A stretch of 31,067 nt of DNA, from positions 1 to 31,067 of IMG/VR virus record IMGVR_UViG_3300011118_000023; one strand, 5' to 3'. This document shows positions 26,822 through 31,067 of the stretch, in pieces. The position numbers were made by a program, and so were the translations under genes. Numbering within the stretch: the stretch's first letter is position 1; every line of letters starts with the position of its first letter. The stretch is from a virus. Its lineage: Duplodnaviria; Caudoviricetes. The notes under the pieces were generated by a model. The model saw only the letters and a program-made list of their open reading frames with translations. It did not search any database and was not told the origin of the DNA.

Positions 26822-26998
26822 GTGGTGTGGTTCGAACGGCAGAGGCCATGCCATGCTCATCACAAGTGTGGTCAAGCCAGCGGTAACGGGTGTGCGAGGT
26901 AACGACATTCCTCACTCCACAAGGGCTGGCGATCAGGGAGAGCACACCGACCACAGCAGCATAGCCTTGGTTGAAGCCCTGCCGTCACGTGAGGGGCT
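26822..26998 (+). ncRNA. Structured 5' leader or small RNA with nested stems
   Basis: Nested complementary pairs 26836-42/26979-85, 26853-57/26958-62, 26867-73/26949-55 and 26876-81/26925-30, plus the crossing pair 26889-95/26942-48. Confidence 0.45.
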
Positions 26999-27049
26999 AC
27001 ATAAACCTAAAGAGACGGTGCGGCGGCACAGGTAAGATTAGGAGCACTC

Positions 27050-27244
27050 ATGGAAGAAACAAGAAAAGTTCAATACGTCCTCTCCGGGGACGCCATACGC
27101 AAACTCAAGATAGTAGCCGCAAGGCGGCGCATGACCCAAAGCGAGATTTTGGCCATACTTATTGAACGCACATGGCGGGCTGAGTTGCCGGCCATACAAC
27201 GCGAAGTCGAAGCAGGCATAAACAAAGCGGAGGAGAAAGCATGA
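27050..27244 (+). CDS. Ribbon-helix-helix DNA-binding regulator
   Basis: RKVQYVLS strand, then AIRKLKIVAARR and TQSEILAILIE helices. AGGAG SD. Confidence 0.75.
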   Translation: MEETRKVQYVLSGDAIRKLKIVAARRRMTQSEILAILIERTWRAELPAIQREVEAGINKAEEKA

Positions 27245-27945
27245 AGCAGTATGACCCTTACGACACAGCAATGACCGATGAACCAGAGCGGTTCTACGGA
27301 CAGGTCTCGATCAGTGCGTTCAAGTGTGTGCTGGTGAAAGGCCAGGGCCGCGTGCCCTATGACCCGAATGTACATGGGCAGAGAGCACGTACCAGCACGG
27401 CAATAGAATTCACTGTCGCTCACGTGGACCCCGTTATGCCTCTCATCGGGCGGGGGACTGTCAACTGGGCACAGGACTTCAAGAAGGTCATCAGGCCCTC
27501 GATTGAAGTCTTGGTACCAACCATTGCAAGCATCAAGGGCCTGACGGTTGGGCAGTTCAATCCCCTGCGTGAGTTTAATGGCATGTGGGCGACAGGCTTG
27601 CTGACGCCACAGCCAGACAACGATGTTTTCACGTGCCTGAAGTTCGATGGCATTTTCCCCGACGAGGCCACCTGCCGTGCCGCTTACGAGGCCGACACCG
27701 GCGCGGAGGTCGGCGGCAGTCCCGTGGCCGACCTGCCGTTCAACGAGCCTGAGAAGGTCGATCCGATGCGGGCGACGCTGGCTGCGTTTCTACCGAACCT
27801 GTGGAAGCAAGCGCAGGGGGCAGCGGCAGACCCATCGGGTGTCGTGATAGAGATGGCGAGGCTCTTGGAAGCTAGCTCTCTCCTGAAGCAATACTTCGAC
27901 ATCGAAAGCCCAGAAGTAGTAGCGTTGATGGAGGGCACAGCATGA
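27241..27945 (+). CDS. Hypothetical protein (234 aa), possibly ssDNA-binding
   Basis: ATGA coupling and GGAGGAG SD. Beta-rich N-terminal domain and acidic linker. Function suggested only by position in the recombination module. Confidence 0.6.
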   Translation: MKQYDPYDTAMTDEPERFYGQVSISAFKCVLVKGQGRVPYDPNVHGQRARTSTAIEFTVAHVDPVMPLIGRGTVNWAQDFKKVIRPSIEVLVPTIASIKGLTVGQFNPLREFNGMWATGLLTPQPDNDVFTCLKFDGIFPDEATCRAAYEADTGAEVGGSPVADLPFNEPEKVDPMRATLAAFLPNLWKQAQGAAADPSGVVIEMARLLEASSLLKQYFDIESPEVVALMEGTA

Positions 27946-28064
27946 TCGAAGTGTCTCTCATTGAGTGGTATGCTATACTTGGCATAGTGAGTGCTGCCGC
28001 AAGCCTCATAGTTGGCTTTCTGACATACACATTCCTTGAAAGTAGGAAGAATCGGTATGATTGA
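27942..28064 (+). CDS. 40-aa single-TM peptide MIEVSLIEWYAILGIVSAAASLIVGFLTYTFLESRKNRYD
   Basis: Translated by hand. GGAGG SD, ATGA overlap, one hydrophobic helix with a basic C-terminal side. Confidence 0.7.
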   Translation: MIEVSLIEWYAILGIVSAAASLIVGFLTYTFLESRKNRYD

Positions 28065-28218
28065 AATGATCCTGGCCTACGTGCCAGAGAGCGAGCACCT
28101 GACTTATCAAGAAGCCCTTGCCCTGGCCGAAGAGCGAGATGAGCGGGAGGCCGAGGCGTTCTTGGCAAGTTGTCCTCCTGAACCAATCTTTTTGTCTTTT
28201 TGGGTGAGATGCCTATAA
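28057..28218 (+). CDS. Small acidic hypothetical protein (53 aa, MIEMILAYVPE...)
   Basis: AGGA SD, overlaps the previous stop. Confidence 0.55.
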   Translation: MIEMILAYVPESEHLTYQEALALAEERDEREAEAFLASCPPEPIFLSFWVRCL

Positions 28219-28272
28219 TCAGAGGGCCAATTGATCGATTGCCATCTAAGCTGGCCTTCTTGAGGGAATTGG

Positions 28273-28965
28273 ATGAAGGCAATCTTGATTGACAGCCGCG
28301 AACCTGATTGGGTAAAGACCCTCACCTGGAAAGGCGTGCCGACCACGGTCACTGAGCTTCCCACCGGCGACACCTGGCTTGCCGTTGAGGATACCACAAT
28401 CATCGTGGAGCGCAAGACCATTCCCGACCTGCTGGCGAGCATCGCTGATGGCAGGCTGTTTGCCCAGTGTGCAGAGATGGTTGAGATTTCGCCCTGGTGC
28501 TACTTGGTGGTGACTGGGTATCCTATCTTTGTGATGAATCGCTATCAAATAGGTGGCAAGACCACTAAGTGGACAGCACGTCAAATCGAGGGGGCGCTTG
28601 CTACAGTGCAACAGCTTGGTGTTACCGTGGTCAGAAACCTCGTGGGCGGTGACTATGCCGAAACCCTCCAATGGCTTGCCAACCGCGACCGTGGCCCCGT
28701 TAGAGTCGAACGCCGCCGAGAGGCGATCATGGCAAGCCCCGCTGAGAAGGTTCTGACGGCAATTGATGGCATCGGCCCAGCTCATGCCGCAGCCCTACTC
28801 AAGGAGTATCAGACGGCTGGGTGGGCGGTGACGGCTCTCACCGATGGGCACGCCGCCGAGTTGAAGGGCATCGGGCCGGCCAAATGCACAGCAACACGCC
28901 AGGCTTATGGCCTGAATGACGAGCAAATTCTAGCAGTCAATTTGAAGGAGGTATCAGATGAGTAA
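28273..28965 (+). CDS. ERCC4/XPF-family structure-specific nuclease with tandem HhH motifs
   Basis: IDSRE, GD, VERKT..DL..SI.DGRL..Q signature. C-terminal IDGIGP and LKGIGP. Confidence 0.92.
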   Translation: MKAILIDSREPDWVKTLTWKGVPTTVTELPTGDTWLAVEDTTIIVERKTIPDLLASIADGRLFAQCAEMVEISPWCYLVVTGYPIFVMNRYQIGGKTTKWTARQIEGALATVQQLGVTVVRNLVGGDYAETLQWLANRDRGPVRVERRREAIMASPAEKVLTAIDGIGPAHAAALLKEYQTAGWAVTALTDGHAAELKGIGPAKCTATRQAYGLNDEQILAVNLKEVSDE

Positions 28966-29752
28966 AGCACTCGTGCCAGTCAATCGTCTCAATCGTCTAC
29001 GGACCGAGGACTGGCAACTAATTCTTAGCATTGCGTCTGTGGCTCAAGAGTCCCGCGAGTTTGGTGTGCGGCAGCAAGAAGCTGCCATGAAGATGTTAGT
29101 TGCCTGGGAGCATGGCGTGCCAGTTACATCGGCACTTAGCACTGTCTACATCATTGACAAGAAACCATCCATTGCCCCAAAATTGACGTGGGCGAAGATC
29201 GTGGGCCATCCAGAACTAGCCGAGTACAAAGAGGAGCGTCTCACCAGTGCAGGGAAATTCTATGGCTGGAAGATCACCTTGAGGCGCACCAATGGTGTGC
29301 AGGCTATGCGCCGGTTCACCCTCGATGACGCTAAACGAGCGGAGCTACTGAGCAAAGCCAACTGGAGGCATTACCCAGAGCAAGTGTGCTACTGGCGTGC
29401 CCTAGGCTACGTTCAAGATGTGGTGTTCGCGGATGTGAGTCAAGGTCTCTACCGGCCAGAGGAACTAGGCGCAGAGGTTGACGAGAGCGGGGAGCCAGTG
29501 GCAACCCTGTACACCGCCAGAGAAGAATCAGCAGCAGGTGTGCCAAAGGCAATTGTCACTGCCTCAGATGGCATTTCAGTTCCGTCTCAGCCCATCGTCA
29601 CTGAGGAGGCAATAACCAGGCCTCTCTTGACACTCGAACAACTGCTGGAGCAATGGCCGGCTGAGCAGATCGTTGCCATCAACGAGGGGCGTATCCCCGC
29701 CACCAGCGAGGAATGCCAGGCGGTGAAAGAGAAGCTGGAGGCCAAAGCGTGA
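28958..29752 (+). CDS. RecT/Redbeta-like single-strand annealing protein
   Basis: VYIIDKKPSI...FTLDDAKRAELLSKANWRHYPEQV...RA...FADV..GLY..EEL pattern. Confidence 0.78.
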   Translation: MSKALVPVNRLNRLRTEDWQLILSIASVAQESREFGVRQQEAAMKMLVAWEHGVPVTSALSTVYIIDKKPSIAPKLTWAKIVGHPELAEYKEERLTSAGKFYGWKITLRRTNGVQAMRRFTLDDAKRAELLSKANWRHYPEQVCYWRALGYVQDVVFADVSQGLYRPEELGAEVDESGEPVATLYTAREESAAGVPKAIVTASDGISVPSQPIVTEEAITRPLLTLEQLLEQWPAEQIVAINEGRIPATSEECQAVKEKLEAKA

Positions 29753-29797
29753 GCCAAAGCATACCGGAGCCTGACATCATCCTACGGGAGGAAGCCA

Positions 29798-30604
29798 GTG
29801 ATTAGACACCTTTCGTACAGCAGTGTGAATACCTATCTCTACTGCGCCAAGTCGTGGGAGTTCAGATATATCATCAAGCCTGACGTACCGGTCAGCGTGA
29901 ACCTCCCGTTTGGGAGTGCCGTTCACGAGACGGTGCAGACCTACGTGGCGGCGAGGGCTCTCCACCCTGACCAGGTGCGGCCACTTGCCGAGATATGGCA
30001 CCCCACCTGGCGCGATGTTCTAAATGAGCAAAAGCGTGAGATAAGGTGGGAGAAACCTCTTGACTACTACACACAATTGGGTGAGAGGATGCTCTCCACA
30101 CCTGAGATTGTTCAGGCTGTGGACGCCATCCAGCCGATGATTGTTGTGGACACAATAGCCACCAAGCCAGAGGAAAGCGTCATCATGGAGCGGCGCGTGA
30201 CTCTCAAAGTACCTGGTGTACCAATACCAGTGATTGGCTACATCGACATGCTGGCAAGCGACGGTGTGCCGATTGACTTTAAGACAGCAGGGCGGGCGTG
30301 GAGTAGAGGCAAGGAAGACACGGAGGTCCAGCCCGACTTTTACTTGGCTGCCTTGAATCAAGAGGGCTATGATCTCAACCCTGGGTTGGCATTTCGATAC
30401 ATGATCTTCACCAAGACCAAAAACCCCAAGGTGCAGATCTTGGAGACCCACCGCGACTTTGGGCAATTGTTCTGGATGACTCAGGTCGTCGGTGAGGTCT
30501 GGCGGGCCATTGAAGCTGGCATCTTCCCACCAGCGCCTACGTCTTGGAAGTGTAGCCCGAAGTATTGTAGCTTTTGGGACCTCTGTAGAGGCAAAAAGCT
30601 ATGA
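29798..30604 (+). CDS. PD-(D/E)xK exonuclease, Cas4/RecB/AddB-like, with a putative Fe-S Cys set
   Basis: HLSYS...YC, GSAVH, E...GYID...IDFKT, Q..FY, and C-terminal CSPKYCSFWDLC. Confidence 0.9.
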   Translation: MIRHLSYSSVNTYLYCAKSWEFRYIIKPDVPVSVNLPFGSAVHETVQTYVAARALHPDQVRPLAEIWHPTWRDVLNEQKREIRWEKPLDYYTQLGERMLSTPEIVQAVDAIQPMIVVDTIATKPEESVIMERRVTLKVPGVPIPVIGYIDMLASDGVPIDFKTAGRAWSRGKEDTEVQPDFYLAALNQEGYDLNPGLAFRYMIFTKTKNPKVQILETHRDFGQLFWMTQVVGEVWRAIEAGIFPPAPTSWKCSPKYCSFWDLCRGKKL

Positions 30605-30865
30605 GCAAAGAAGTGACCCAGACGCCCCAGGTTTCGGAACAAGTCAATAATCTTGGTGATTTGGTTGACCGCTTGGCGGACATGGTTGAAGGGACTGAGG
30701 CGCGATTGGTCTCAGTGCTTTCGCCTGAACTTCCAGTAGATGAAAAGGTCAAAGTGCCAGAATTTGGGGAACTCGTCCCTTTGAAGCCAACTGTGCGCAG
30801 TGAACAGTCAGTTGCTTACTGCCATCAATGGAATAGAATCAATTCTTTCTCGTATCGAGTTATAA
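30601..30865 (+). pseudogene. Small coiled-coil phage gene with an apparent frameshift at about 30784
   Basis: Frame 0 is amphipathic up to ...GELVPL. The +1 frame continues SQLCAVNSQLLTAINGIESILSRIEL* and stops exactly where the hairpins begin. Confidence 0.55.
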
Positions 30866-30960
30866 GGCCCCACCCTCGCCAGCCTCACCCCCACCGGCAA
30901 AGGGGCCTTTTCCTTCTCCTCCTTGTTGGGTAGGGTCGGCCTGATAACCGGCCCTACCCA
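30864..30960 (+). other. Two hairpins flanking a pyrimidine tract (terminator-like or small RNA)
   Basis: AAGGCCCC/GGGGCCTT (30864-71/30902-09), then TTCCTTCTCCTCCTT, then a 13-bp stem 30927-39/30948-60 with one G-U on the + strand. Confidence 0.55.
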
Positions 30961-30980
30961 TGACAAAAAGGAATTGCAAC

Positions 30981-31067
30981 ATGTTGTTGACACACATGAT
31001 TGAAATCATCAATCTCCTCCGAGCCGCTCACGACGACGTGAAAGCAGCGAGGGGAAAAGCAGAGCAA
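30981..31067 (+). CDS. Hypothetical protein, truncated by the window edge (MLLTHMIEIINLLRAAHDDV...)
   Basis: AAGGA SD before ATG 30981. Open to the end of the window. Confidence 0.5.
   Translation, partial: MLLTHMIEIINLLRAAHDDVKAARGKAEQ

Larger units (their letters stand above)
1..31067. mobile_element. Tailed dsDNA phage genome segment (Caudoviricetes, podovirus-like), bacterial host
   Basis: Terminase, portal, scaffold, capsid, adaptor, nozzle, fibre and holin genes are tightly coupled in one operon, opposite a phage recombination module. Sigma70 promoters and SD sites point to a bacterial host. No integrase, att site or host gene is seen. Confidence 0.95.

Noticed and set aside
26876-26948. 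HDV-like ribozyme in the early leader
   Set aside because: The stem order is superficially similar, but about 11 nt separate the putative P3 and P1 3' strands, and no P1.1 or catalytic J4/2 is evident.
28192-28219. Internal promoter TTGTCT-N16-TATAAT before the ERCC4 gene
   Set aside because: Weak -35, 16-bp spacer, and located within a coding region. Possible but unsupported.
29798-30604. CRISPR-Cas system suggested by the Cas4-like nuclease
   Set aside because: No repeat-spacer array or other cas gene was seen. Its position beside RecT fits a phage exonuclease.
30779-30784. prfB-like CTT TGA programmed frameshift site
   Set aside because: CTT TGA is not in the translated frame (codons are CCT TTG AAG), so the RF2 mechanism does not apply.
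1-31067. tRNA, rRNA, integrase/att sites, alternative genetic code
   Set aside because: None recognised by eye. TAA, TAG and TGA all end well-coupled genes, consistent with code 11.

Overview
The whole window is a tailed dsDNA bacteriophage (or prophage) genome segment with a podovirus-like layout: no tape measure, tail tube or sheath gene is recognisable. A ~26 kb minus-strand virion operon runs: small basic protein, small and large terminase, portal, LysM protein, 2000-aa internal virion protein, scaffold, major capsid protein, capsid fibre, accessory genes (including an AlkP-superfamily enzyme and a GT2-like protein), adaptor, nozzle, LAGLIDADG endonuclease, Vsr/DUF559-like nuclease, tail fibre and holin. 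It is back-to-back with a plus-strand early operon (RHH regulator, ERCC4/XPF nuclease, RecT-like annealase, Cas4-like exonuclease), with two near-consensus sigma70 promoters between them. The most notable observations are: (1) a free-standing LAGLIDADG gene that split a small gene and rebuilt its 5' end with synonymous codons; (2) two distant Pro-rich virion genes sharing the N-terminus M[AP]TFTEL[IL]QQ, which resembles a capsid-targeting sequence; (3) a promoter-driven RNA with a 25-bp G-U-containing stem and a pseudoknot; (4) a second structured leader RNA; (5) an HExxH metallopeptidase module inside the giant virion protein. All calls come from reading motifs by eye. No database search or folding program was run.
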